A stretch of 64,000 nucleotides of DNA from a plasmid. Below the pieces are notes generated by a model. The model made no database searches, was not told the origin of the DNA, and saw only the letters and a program-made list of their open reading frames with translations. Location of the stretch: sequence record NZ_CP118944.1. One strand, given 5' to 3'. Of the stretch, positions 38,331-47,427 are shown in pieces. Position 1 is the first letter of the stretch. Every line of letters begins with the position of its first letter. The position numbers and the translations under genes were made by a program.

Positions 38331-38945
38331 ATGCTGATCGGATATGCCCGCGTCTCCAAAGCCGATGGCTCGCAGTCTCTCGACCTGCAGCACGACGCCT
38401 TGCGCGCCGCAGGTGTCGAACGGGACAATATCTATGATGATCTTGCTTCCGGCGGTCGTGATGATCGCCCTGGCTTGACTGCCTGCCTCAAGTCATTGCG
38501 TGACGGCGATGTGCTGGTGGTCTGGAAGCTCGATCGCCTCGGACGATCGCTTGCCCATCTGGTCAACACGGTGAAGGAGCTGTCAGACCGCAAGATCGGC
38601 CTGCGGGTTCTGACTGGAAAGGGCGCTCAGATCGACACCACGACTGCGTCCGGTCGCATGGTGTTCGGAATCTTCGCCACCTTGGCCGAGTTCGAGCGGG
38701 ATCTGATCCGAGAGCGCACCATGGCGGGTCTCGCCTCCGCGAGAGCGCGCGGTCGCAAGGGCGGACGAAAATTCGCGCTCACCAAAGCTCAGGTGCGTCT
38801 CGCGCAAGCCGCCATGGCCCAGCGCGATACTTCAGTTTCCGATCTCTGCAAGGAACTCGGCATCGAGCGCGTCACTCTCTACCGATATGTCGGTCCCAAA
38901 GGCGAGCTCAGAGACCATGGAAAGCATGTTCTCGGACTTACGTAG
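38331..38945 (+). CDS. tnpR: Tn5393 resolvase TnpR, 204 aa
   Basis: MLIGYARVSKADGSQSLDLQHDAL…VWKLDRLGRSL… serine recombinase. Confidence 0.95.
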   Translation: MLIGYARVSKADGSQSLDLQHDALRAAGVERDNIYDDLASGGRDDRPGLTACLKSLRDGDVLVVWKLDRLGRSLAHLVNTVKELSDRKIGLRVLTGKGAQIDTTTASGRMVFGIFATLAEFERDLIRERTMAGLASARARGRKGGRKFALTKAQVRLAQAAMAQRDTSVSDLCKELGIERVTLYRYVGPKGELRDHGKHVLGLT

Positions 38946-39010
38946 CAACTCGTTTCTTTTCGCAGGTTGAGCCACCTCCGCGCTTCATCAGAAAACTGAA
39001 GGAACCTCCA

Positions 39011-39814
39011 TTGAATCGAACTAATATTTTTTTTGGTGAATCGCATTCTGACTGGTTGCCTGTCAGAGGCGGAGAATCTGGTGATTTTGTTTTTCGACGT
39101 GGTGACGGGCATGCCTTCGCGAAAATCGCACCTGCTTCCCGCCGCGGTGAGCTCGCTGGAGAGCGTGACCGCCTCATTTGGCTCAAAGGTCGAGGTGTGG
39201 CTTGCCCCGAGGTGATCAACTGGCAGGAGGAACAGGAGGGTGCATGCTTGGTGATAACGGCAATTCCGGGAGTACCGGCGGCTGATCTGTCTGGAGCGGA
39301 TTTGCTCAAAGCGTGGCCGTCAATGGGGCAGCAACTTGGCGCTGTTCACAGCCTATCGGTTGATCAATGTCCGTTTGAGCGCAGGCTGTCGCGAATGTTC
39401 GGACGCGCCGTTGATGTGGTGTCCCGCAATGCCGTCAATCCCGACTTCTTACCGGACGAGGACAAGAGTACGCCGCAGCTCGATCTTTTGGCTCGTGTCG
39501 AACGAGAGCTACCGGTGCGGCTCGACCAAGAGCGCACCGATATGGTTGTTTGCCATGGTGATCCCTGCATGCCGAACTTCATGGTGGACCCTAAAACTCT
39601 TCAATGCACGGGTCTGATCGACCTTGGGCGGCTCGGAACAGCAGATCGCTATGCCGATTTGGCACTCATGATTGCTAACGCCGAAGAGAACTGGGCAGCG
39701 CCAGATGAAGCAGAGCGCGCCTTCGCTGTCCTATTCAATGTATTGGGGATCGAAGCCCCCGACCGCGAACGCCTTGCCTTCTATCTGCGATTGGACCCTC
39801 TGACTTGGGGTTGA
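39011..39814 (+). CDS. strA: Aminoglycoside 3''-phosphotransferase APH(3'')-Ib (streptomycin resistance StrA)
   Basis: 267 aa, MNRTNIFFGESHSDWLPVRGGESGDFVFRRGDGHAFAKIAP… matches StrA. Confidence 0.95.
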   Translation: MNRTNIFFGESHSDWLPVRGGESGDFVFRRGDGHAFAKIAPASRRGELAGERDRLIWLKGRGVACPEVINWQEEQEGACLVITAIPGVPAADLSGADLLKAWPSMGQQLGAVHSLSVDQCPFERRLSRMFGRAVDVVSRNAVNPDFLPDEDKSTPQLDLLARVERELPVRLDQERTDMVVCHGDPCMPNFMVDPKTLQCTGLIDLGRLGTADRYADLALMIANAEENWAAPDEAERAFAVLFNVLGIEAPDRERLAFYLRLDPLTWG

Positions 39815-40650
39815 TGTTCATGCCGCCTGTTTTTCCTGCTCATTGGCACGTTTCGCAACCTGTTCTCATTGCGGACACCTTTTCCAGCCTCGTTTGGAAA
39901 GTTTCATTGCCAGACGGGACTCCTGCAATCGTCAAGGGATTGAAACCTATAGAAGACATTGCTGATGAACTGCGCGGGGCCGACTATCTGGTATGGCGCA
40001 ATGGGAGGGGAGCAGTCCGGTTGCTCGGTCGTGAGAACAATCTGATGTTGCTCGAATATGCCGGGGAGCGAATGCTCTCTCACATCGTTGCCGAGCACGG
40101 CGACTACCAGGCGACCGAAATTGCAGCGGAACTAATGGCGAAGCTGTATGCCGCATCTGAGGAACCCCTGCCTTCTGCCCTTCTCCCGATCCGGGATCGC
40201 TTTGCAGCTTTGTTTCAGCGGGCGCGCGATGATCAAAACGCAGGTTGTCAAACTGACTACGTCCACGCGGCGATTATAGCCGATCAAATGATGAGCAATG
40301 CCTCGGAACTGCGTGGGCTACATGGCGATCTGCATCATGAAAACATCATGTTCTCCAGTCGCGGCTGGCTGGTGATAGATCCCGTCGGTCTGGTCGGTGA
40401 AGTGGGCTTTGGCGCCGCCAATATGTTCTACGATCCGGCTGACAGAGACGACCTTTGTCTCGATCCTAGACGCATTGCACAGATGGCGGACGCATTCTCT
40501 CGTGCGCTGGACGTCGATCCGCGTCGCCTGCTCGACCAGGCGTACGCTTATGGGTGCCTTTCCGCAGCTTGGAACGCGGATGGAGAAGAGGAGCAACGCG
40601 ATCTAGCTATCGCGGCCGCGATCAAGCAGGTGCGACAGACGTCATACTAG
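39814..40650 (+). CDS. strB: Aminoglycoside 6-phosphotransferase APH(6)-Id (streptomycin resistance StrB)
   Basis: 278 aa from MFMPPVFPAHWHVSQPVLIADTF…; start overlaps the strA stop as in strA-strB. Confidence 0.95.
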   Translation: MFMPPVFPAHWHVSQPVLIADTFSSLVWKVSLPDGTPAIVKGLKPIEDIADELRGADYLVWRNGRGAVRLLGRENNLMLLEYAGERMLSHIVAEHGDYQATEIAAELMAKLYAASEEPLPSALLPIRDRFAALFQRARDDQNAGCQTDYVHAAIIADQMMSNASELRGLHGDLHHENIMFSSRGWLVIDPVGLVGEVGFGAANMFYDPADRDDLCLDPRRIAQMADAFSRALDVDPRRLLDQAYAYGCLSAAWNADGEEEQRDLAIAAAIKQVRQTSY

Positions 40651-40759
40651 ATATCAAGCGACTTCTCCTATCCCCTGGGAACACATCAATCTTACCGGAG
40701 AATATCGTTGGCCAAAGCCTTAGCGTAGGATTTCGCCCTCTCCCGCAAACGACCCCATC

Positions 40760-41281
40760 ATGCGCCCCCTCGATACCGTCCTAAAGTTTGGGGACGACGC
40801 GGCTTACAAGAGATTCCAGGCGGCAGCCAGCGCCAGGCTCCAGGAGGAAGCTATCCCCCTATACAAGGGATATGCGAAAGACAGCAGCCAGATAAAGCCG
40901 ACCATCAGCTCTTTCTCCGTCGTATCCAAGAGCGACGCGCCAATGGTGGGCTATGTGGCCAATGCGATCATGACGCGCACGGTTAAACCCGAACTGCAGC
41001 TGCTCGCCGGCCACCTTATGCAGATTATCGCGCAGGAGAGCGGGGCGCCGCTCACCCCCCTGTCTGAACCGGTTCCCGGGGCGCTGGCCTTCTTGTTCGA
41101 CCAGTATCTTGGCCTGTGGCATGGAAGCGGTGACCTCAAACTCTCCAAGGAGCAAAGCGAGATGCTGATGACGGAGTATGTTCACTGCTCAGATAACTGG
41201 GCGCCGCTCGGCCCCCTCTACGTGAACGCCCCCGCCCCAGGCCGGGTTCGTCGCATCTACCAGCAATCTCCGGGGAAGTGA
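40760..41281 (+). CDS. Hypothetical protein, 173 aa, starting 3 bp after the Tn5393 right end
   Basis: ORF only; no recognisable motif. Confidence 0.4.
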   Translation: MRPLDTVLKFGDDAAYKRFQAAASARLQEEAIPLYKGYAKDSSQIKPTISSFSVVSKSDAPMVGYVANAIMTRTVKPELQLLAGHLMQIIAQESGAPLTPLSEPVPGALAFLFDQYLGLWHGSGDLKLSKEQSEMLMTEYVHCSDNWAPLGPLYVNAPAPGRVRRIYQQSPGK

Positions 41282-41285
41282 CACG

Positions 41286-41570
41286 ATGAAGCGAATAGCG
41301 ATTGCCCTATCCCTTTCCATCACGCTGGTTGCTTGTGGTGACGCCAAGGAGGAGAAGCAGCACCGCAAACCACCAGAGGAGCAGGTGATCAGTGAGCCAG
41401 CCCATGGGATTGGAGCCATTTTTGGGAAGCCAAACCCCGATTACACACCACCAGGGAGGATAGTTGATAGCCCGGACTTTAAAGTGACTCTCCCAGAGGA
41501 CCGCTGGGAAGAGACCACTATCAGCAAGAAAGAGGGCAAGCCAAGCGCGGCGGTAGGTGTAGATAAGTGA
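41286..41570 (+). CDS. Putative lipoprotein, 94 aa (lipobox LVAC)
   Basis: MKRIAIALSLSITLVACGDAKEEK… is a signal peptidase II-type signal; 4-bp gap after the preceding ORF. Confidence 0.5.
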   Translation: MKRIAIALSLSITLVACGDAKEEKQHRKPPEEQVISEPAHGIGAIFGKPNPDYTPPGRIVDSPDFKVTLPEDRWEETTISKKEGKPSAAVGVDK

Positions 41571-41605
41571 GAGCTCGCGGGGCTGCCGCAACATGCCCAG
41601 GATAA

Positions 41606-41664
41606 GGGGTCGTAAAGCACGTTAAGAGATTCGATACCCAGCAACGGCGCGGCTTTGCGCAAGC
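41606..41664 (+). repeat. Collapsed Tn21-type IR (GGGGTCG-TAAAGCACGTTAAG, 21 bp) plus ~38 bp of interior shared with 8641-8705
   Basis: CCCAGCAACGGCGCGGCTTTGCGCAAGC is identical (28/28) to the reverse complement of 8664-8691; the IR lacks the central ~17 bp of a 38-bp IR. Confidence 0.4.
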
Positions 41665-42032
41665 AGCTCCCCCTTAGACACAGCATTTTCGAGGTTCTCG
41701 AAACTCGGCTGTTTCAGCCGTGCAATACGAGAGTGGTTTTCGAGAAAGCAACATGCCATACCAGCACTGGCGCGGATCTGATTATCATTGAAGCCTCTCA
41801 AAAACGGTCGTTTATGAGACTTTTTACCATGCCAATGGCTTACCGTACTTTAAATTCAGAATTCTGATGCGACCCCCTTAGTTAGTACAAAACCGTTCTA
41901 ATGGACTTCATACCCCCTGATCACCCCCGTCACCGCCTGATCCCTTAGTTCGGCTGCAGGGTGAACATGGCCAGGGGCAGTGGCACTCCGCCCCTCGGTC
42001 GAATTGATGGACTCTATCGAGATCAACTTAAT

Positions 42033-42056
42033 AAGATGCTAAGATGGTAAGATGGT
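42033..42056 (+). repeat. Three tandem 8-bp repeats (TAAGATGC/TAAGATGG) just downstream of parG
   Basis: Share the AAGATG core, in opposite orientation, with the repeats upstream of parF. Confidence 0.4.
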
Positions 42057-42062
42057 ATGTTG

Positions 42063-42365
42063 TTATTTTAATTTTGCTTCCTTTATCAGGGCTGAAATAG
42101 CGGATTTAGATTGGTTTTTGAATGCTGTTACAGCAGCTCTAACTACATCGGAACGATTGGCTCGCGCGCCACTTGAGATCATCTCTCCTCGAATTATGTC
42201 ATCTATATCTCGAAGGTTTTTTTCTGAAAAAGAGATGCTGATAGGTTTTGCCTTATTAAGGATTTTTGAATTTTTAGGCTGTTCAGTGGATGCATCTATA
42301 CCCGCAGAACCTCCATGTATAAAGGCTGTCTCATCACGAGAGGCTGAAGGTGTTCTATTTCTCAT
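42063..42365 (-). CDS. ParG-like small DNA-binding partition protein (ribbon-helix-helix) partner of ParF
   Basis: 100-aa ORF whose start overlaps the parF stop (ATGA); flexible N-terminus with a C-terminal RHH-like region (…RSDVVRAAVTAFKNQ…). Confidence 0.5.
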   Translation of the reverse strand: MRNRTPSASRDETAFIHGGSAGIDASTEQPKNSKILNKAKPISISFSEKNLRDIDDIIRGEMISSGARANRSDVVRAAVTAFKNQSKSAISALIKEAKLK

Positions 42366-42988
42366 AGGATGATTTCCTTCACAAGTAGTTCAATTTCTTC
42401 TTGAGCTTTAATATTTTGCGTTTCAAAAATTGTCATGGATTCAGCCCATGCATCTCGGTGCGCTTTTCTATCACATACGCGTGAGGTGGCTAACTGCATT
42501 TCTGGAAATTCAACAAGCACTTCCGCTGCTTGGTTTGCTTCGTTGACGAACATATTTGTTGGCGTCATGTTCAAAACCAAATAGCCGCGAACATTTTCAT
42601 TGAAATCTTTTGCTGCGGTAAAAACGGAACAAGTATGAGGAACCACATCAAGATCCATTTGGGATGGTCGCAGTGGAGAGATAAACACATCTGCTGCCAT
42701 AAGACCGCTCCGCATTTCCGCACTGTCACGGCCTGCACAATCAGCGATCACATAATCGTATGATAATTCATGCTCCTTTAGCATTGCTTTTATATTGCCA
42801 GTTGCACCCGTCACTGGCATATGAGGTAGGCTTTCCGGCCGGTTGTTGTACCATGTAAGAACGGATTTTTGATCATCTGCATCGACAATTAATACCCGTT
42901 TTCTGAGAGTCATTAAGTATGCTGCAATCGAGACGGCCAACGTACTTTTTCCTACTCCCCCTTTCTGACTACCCAAAACAATTATCAT
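42362..42988 (-). CDS. parF: ParF-type (small ParA, type Ib) partition ATPase
   Basis: MIIVLGSQKGGVGKSTLAVSIAAYL…VLIVDADDQKS… deviant Walker A; 208 aa, typical of ParF-type ATPases. Confidence 0.85.
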   Translation of the reverse strand: MIIVLGSQKGGVGKSTLAVSIAAYLMTLRKRVLIVDADDQKSVLTWYNNRPESLPHMPVTGATGNIKAMLKEHELSYDYVIADCAGRDSAEMRSGLMAADVFISPLRPSQMDLDVVPHTCSVFTAAKDFNENVRGYLVLNMTPTNMFVNEANQAAEVLVEFPEMQLATSRVCDRKAHRDAWAESMTIFETQNIKAQEEIELLVKEIIL

Positions 42989-43054
42989 AATCCCCCTCCC
43001 TATGTTGTTAACTTAACAAGTTAATAATACAGGGATGCACTTGGATAGGCAATG

Positions 43055-43118
43055 CCTTGTTATCTTATGATCTTGTCATCTTGTCATCTTGTCATCTTGT
43101 CATCTTGTCATCTTGGTT
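43055..43118. repeat. Centromere-like array: about 8 tandem 8-bp repeats (TCTTGTCA x5 plus degenerate copies) upstream of parF
   Basis: …CCTTGTTATCTTATGATCTTGTCATCTTGTCATCTTGTCATCTTGTCATCTTGTCATCTTGGTT…. Confidence 0.6.
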
Positions 43119-43250
43119 TGCCCCATCTGTGGGGTTGGGTGAGTTTTCTTATGTACACCCCAGATGAACCATCTAGACAGTGAGCTCCGGAAGTAGTAAA
43201 ACCACTCAAAACATACCATTTTATGTAAACCACTTAAAAGAGACCACTGC

Positions 43251-43889
43251 GTGTCCAATCGTGTTTTTGCCTATTTACGGGCCAGTACCAAAGAGCAAGA
43301 TGCCCTGCGGGCTAAAGAGCCTCTTTTGCACTTCGCGAATGAACGCCAGTTCCAAATTGATGGCTGGTTTCAAGAGCATGAAAGTGGGGCCATGTTCACG
43401 CGCCCTGAATTGTTTCGGTTGTTGGAACTGGCAAAGCCAGGTGACATCTTGCTCGTTGAGCAGGTGGATCGGCTTAGTCGACTGGATACCCCTGACTGGG
43501 AACGCCTGAAAATGCTGATCAAAGGCAAGGAGCTGCGGGTGGTTGCGCTTGATCTCCCCACCTCTTGGGCCATGCTCACGCCTTCGGCTGGTTTCCAGGA
43601 GCGGATGTTGGCCGCCATCAATGACATGATGCTTGATATGTTGGCTGCCATCGCTCGTAAAGACTATGAGGATAGGCGTAGGCGGCAGGCCGAGGGCATT
43701 GCCAAGGCCAAGCAGGCAGGGCGATACAAAGGACGTCCAGTCGATACTGCGTTACATGACCGAGTGCGATTGGCGTTAAACAACGAATGGTCATGGTCTC
43801 AGATTGAGGCTAATTTCAAATGTTCCAGGGCAACCATTGCCAAGGTGGCAAAAGAGATGAGGGCGGCCCCTGATGCCATTCAACAATGA
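43251..43889 (+). CDS. Serine recombinase (resolvase), likely for plasmid multimer resolution
   Basis: MSNRVFAYLRASTKEQD…ILLVEQVDRLSR… catalytic Ser motif plus C-terminal HTH; 212 aa. Confidence 0.85.
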   Translation: MSNRVFAYLRASTKEQDALRAKEPLLHFANERQFQIDGWFQEHESGAMFTRPELFRLLELAKPGDILLVEQVDRLSRLDTPDWERLKMLIKGKELRVVALDLPTSWAMLTPSAGFQERMLAAINDMMLDMLAAIARKDYEDRRRRQAEGIAKAKQAGRYKGRPVDTALHDRVRLALNNEWSWSQIEANFKCSRATIAKVAKEMRAAPDAIQQ

Positions 43890-44124
43890 TGAAGATAATG
43901 CCTATCTGGATCTACAGCTTAAAATGGCGCTGGATAGTTGGGATCCGGCTAAGCCAAGGCGTTGGCTGGCGCGCTATGGTGGTTTACCTGGCTTAGGTAT
44001 CGGAACTGGAGTCGTGGCCAAGGAATACAAGGCATTGCTAGTACAGGCTCAGGCGTTAACCCAACGAAAACGGCGCACAGATGGTGGCGATAGTTTACCC
44101 AATATCAATTATCCGCTTTGGTGA
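43873..44124 (+). CDS. Hypothetical small protein, 83 aa, overlapping the resolvase stop
   Basis: ORF only. Confidence 0.3.
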   Translation: MPFNNDEDNAYLDLQLKMALDSWDPAKPRRWLARYGGLPGLGIGTGVVAKEYKALLVQAQALTQRKRRTDGGDSLPNINYPLW

Positions 44125-44489
44125 TCATCGTCGTGCCACTGAATACACATGACCTTATTTACTGTACGCGCTCGGGTCAATGCTGCCCATTCATCCCTAT
44201 ACCGTGTTACATTTGCGCTATTTTATCCCCGCCGAATGTCCCCAGTGAGACTAAGCAGAACTTATGAAAAAACTTTCGATTGATTCACCAGAATTGGCTT
44301 CGACTTCTTTGATTGAGGAAAACATGGGGCAGTTAAAGCAGCTGTTCCCGGATGCGTTTAGTGAGGGAAAAATTGATTTTGATGTGTTAAAGCAATTGCT
44401 TGGTAGTGAAGTCGATGATAGAGAGGAGCGCTATGGCCTGAATTGGCACGGTAAGCGGCAAGCTCGGCAAATTGCATTAACACCATCTA

Positions 44490-45647
44490 AATAGCTGTTC
44501 CGAATAGTAGATCACCGGAGGAAGGGAACTCAGTCCAGTTTGTGCGATCTGATTAGTCGCTAAACAAAACAAGCCACACCCAAAGGACTGAGTTGATGCC
44601 TATCCTACCACCTCTGCCACGACCACAACGGCGCCGCATTCACAAAATCATCCATGCCACCCGTGATAAAGGACATGCTCGTCGCTTGATGGCCATCTTG
44701 CTGTTACATGAAGGACGCACGATCACCGATGTTCATCACCTTACCGGCGCTGCGCGCTCGACCATCGGTCGTTGGCTTCGGTGGTATCGAGATGAAGGCA
44801 TAGATGCGCTAGAAGCCTTACCGGCTGGCCGTGCCCCAGTCTTACCTATCGCCAAGATTGTCACCCTACTGGTGCTGCTCATGCAGTTTTCTCCGCAAGA
44901 TTTTGGTTATCAGCGCAGCCGTTGGTGTACTGAACTATTGGCTATAAAAATCAATCGGTTAACAGGGCTCAATGTGGCAGCCTCCACGCTCCGCCGATGG
45001 TTACCTCGTATGGGCATTGTCTGGCGCAGGCCCGTGCCGACCTTGCGGATAAAAGACCCAGCCTATCAGGAAAAAATGGCGAATATCGACGCCGCGCTGG
45101 CCCGCTGTGATGCCGATAATCCGGTGTTTTATGAGGATGAAGTCGATATAGACCTCAATCCCAAATTAGGAGCCGACTGGATGTTCAGAGCGCAGCAAAA
45201 GCGGGTTGTCACACCGGGGCAGAATGCCAAGCATTATCTGGCAGGCGTTCTCCACGCAGGCAACGGAAGGGTACTTTACGTCAGCGGGATCAAGAAAAAC
45301 TCATCGCTGTTTATTGCCATGCTGGAAAAGCTGCGCCACCACTACCGACGAGCCAAAACCATCACGTTGATCCTCGATAACTACATCATTCACAAAAGCA
45401 AACAGACCGAGCGATGGTTGAAGAAGAATCCCAAGTTCTGCCTGGTGTTCCAGCCAGTTTACAGCCCTTGGGTTAATCACATAGAACGGCTATGGCACAA
45501 GTTACATGAAACCATCACGCGCAATCATCAATGCAGAGGGATGGCAAACCTGCTGGCCCGAGTGAAACACTTCATGGATACCGTGTCTCCTTTCCCGGGG
45601 AATGGCTATGGCACAGCGAAGGTGTAGCACTATTGGGATCAGTTATT
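44490..45647 (+). mobile_element. IS630-family insertion sequence, copy 2, inserted at a TA inside mod
   Basis: Identical to copy 1 in inverted orientation; TA at both junctions. Confidence 0.9.
44593..45627 (+). CDS. IS630-family transposase, identical to 3303-4337
   Basis: 100% identical 344-aa ORF. Confidence 0.9.
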   Translation: MMPILPPLPRPQRRRIHKIIHATRDKGHARRLMAILLLHEGRTITDVHHLTGAARSTIGRWLRWYRDEGIDALEALPAGRAPVLPIAKIVTLLVLLMQFSPQDFGYQRSRWCTELLAIKINRLTGLNVAASTLRRWLPRMGIVWRRPVPTLRIKDPAYQEKMANIDAALARCDADNPVFYEDEVDIDLNPKLGADWMFRAQQKRVVTPGQNAKHYLAGVLHAGNGRVLYVSGIKKNSSLFIAMLEKLRHHYRRAKTITLILDNYIIHKSKQTERWLKKNPKFCLVFQPVYSPWVNHIERLWHKLHETITRNHQCRGMANLLARVKHFMDTVSPFPGNGYGTAKV

Positions 45648-47427
45648 TAGAGGTACGCTACGCCCATGTCAAGAAGATAGTGTGAATTGGGATAGCACAC
45701 AGAACCTGATGATTGAAGGTGATAATTTAGAGGTGCTAAAGCTGTTGCAAAAGAGCTACAGCGGAAAAGTGAAGCTCATCTATATTGACCCACCGTACAA
45801 CACAGGTAAAGATTTTGTTTATCCTGATAATTTTCAGGATAATGTTCAGAACTATTTGGAATTGACAGGGCAAACTGATGGCAATGTTAAGTTAAGTACA
45901 AATACTGAAACCAGTGGGCGTTATCATACTGACTGGTTGAACATGATGTACCCGCGTTTAAAGTTGGCGCGTAATTTACTTTGTGATGATGGGGTCGTTT
46001 TTATTTCAATTGATGATTCTGAAATAGAAAACCTTAAAGTAATATGCAATGATATATTCGGTGAAGATAATTTCATTTCAACAATATCACGGGTTATGAA
46101 AACTGGTGGGGCCAAGGGGAATTTCTTTACTCCTAATGTTGAGTTTATTTTGGTTTATGCAAAAAAAATAATAAATGCAACTCATTTTAGAGCCCGGATA
46201 GGGGGGGAGCAAATAGCCACATATTATAATAAGGTACAAGTCGGTGGAGAACGTGACGGCGAAGTCTATGGTGAGGAACGGTTATATAAAGCAAGCTTGG
46301 ATGCAAGAGCAAATCAGCGCTATTGGGTTAAATGTCCTGATGGTTCTTTTGTTATTCCTCCGGGATCAACATTTCCTGAAAAAACTCAAGATGGAATACA
46401 AGTCACTCCGGAGCGTGGTGATGGTGTTTGGAAATGGACTTACGCTAGATATAAAGAGGAATTCTCTCAAGGTAATATAGTTTTTAAAGAAACAAGTACC
46501 TCTGCTCTTTTGGATGAAAATGGAGTGAAATCAAAATACAACATATACAATAAACTTTGGTTGAAAGAACAGCAAGAAAAAGGTATGGTCCCAGGCAATC
46601 TAATTAGTAAGTGGGAAAATCGACAGAGTTCCGCAGAACTAAAGGATTTGGGGATACCGTTTGACTTTGCAAAACCTACCAATCTTATTAAGTATATTAT
46701 TGAAATTGCCAGGGTTAATGAAAGTGATATTGTTATGGATTTTTTCGCTGGTTCTGGCTCTGTAGGTCATGCAGTATACAAATACAATATTGAAAACTGT
46801 TCAAATTTACGTTGTATCCTTGTGCAATTGCCTGAACTTCTCTCTAGGGAGAATAAAGAGCAAAAGCAAGCTTATGATTTTTGTGTTAAGTATAAAAAAT
46901 CATTTTCTATTGCTGAGCTTACCAAAGAACGCCTCCGACGCGCCGGAGCTAAAGTCAGCGCTGACAATCCTGACTGGCAAGGTGATACCGGATTCCGCGT
47001 ATTTAAGCTCGATACCTCAAATATTCGCCCATGGTCGGCAGATGCCGCGTCGTTGGATGCACAGATGCAGGCCAGCTTGTCACCGCTGCTCGAAGATCGC
47101 TCACAGGATGATGTCATGACAGAATTGCTGCTCAAGCGCGGCATTGATTTGAGTGTCCGTCTTGAAGTGCGTGACTTTGATGGTTTACGCGTGACCTGCG
47201 CTGGTAATGGGATGTTGTTTACCTGTCTTGAATCACATATTCCTGCTTCTTCCATTGAAGCTCTGGCATCAGGGTTAACTACCTGGCATCGCGAGCTAGG
47301 GGGGAGTGCTGATGCGGTGTGTTATTTCATTGATGAAGCATTTGAAAATAATGTTGCCAAGTCCAACCTCTGTGCCACGTTGGTGCAGCAGGGCCTCAAC
47401 CAATTGCACAGTCTGTAAGGGGGCAAG

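Larger units (their letters stand above)
35287..40756. mobile_element. Tn5393c (Tn3 family; tnpA-res-tnpR-strA-strB), 5470 bp, with the characteristic 81-bp terminal IRs
   Basis: IR GGGGTCGTTTGCGGGAGGGGGCGGAATCCTACGCTAAGGCTTTGGCCAGCGATATTCTCCGGTGAGATTGATGTGTTCCCATCCGAGCGG at the left; matching IR at the right end; no IS1133 or IS6100 insert (5470 bp, the insert-free form). No 5-bp TSD (TACCC vs ATCAT). Confidence 0.9.
44264..47418 (+). pseudogene. mod: Type III restriction-modification Mod methyltransferase gene interrupted by IS630 copy 2 (N-terminal 75 codons 44264-44489; remainder 45648-47418)
   Basis: N6-adenine MTase motif LIYIDPPYNTG just after the insertion. Removing the IS plus one TA restores one frame: …ALTPS|RGTLRPCQEDSVNWDSTQNLMIEGDNLEVLK…. 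Confidence 0.85.
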
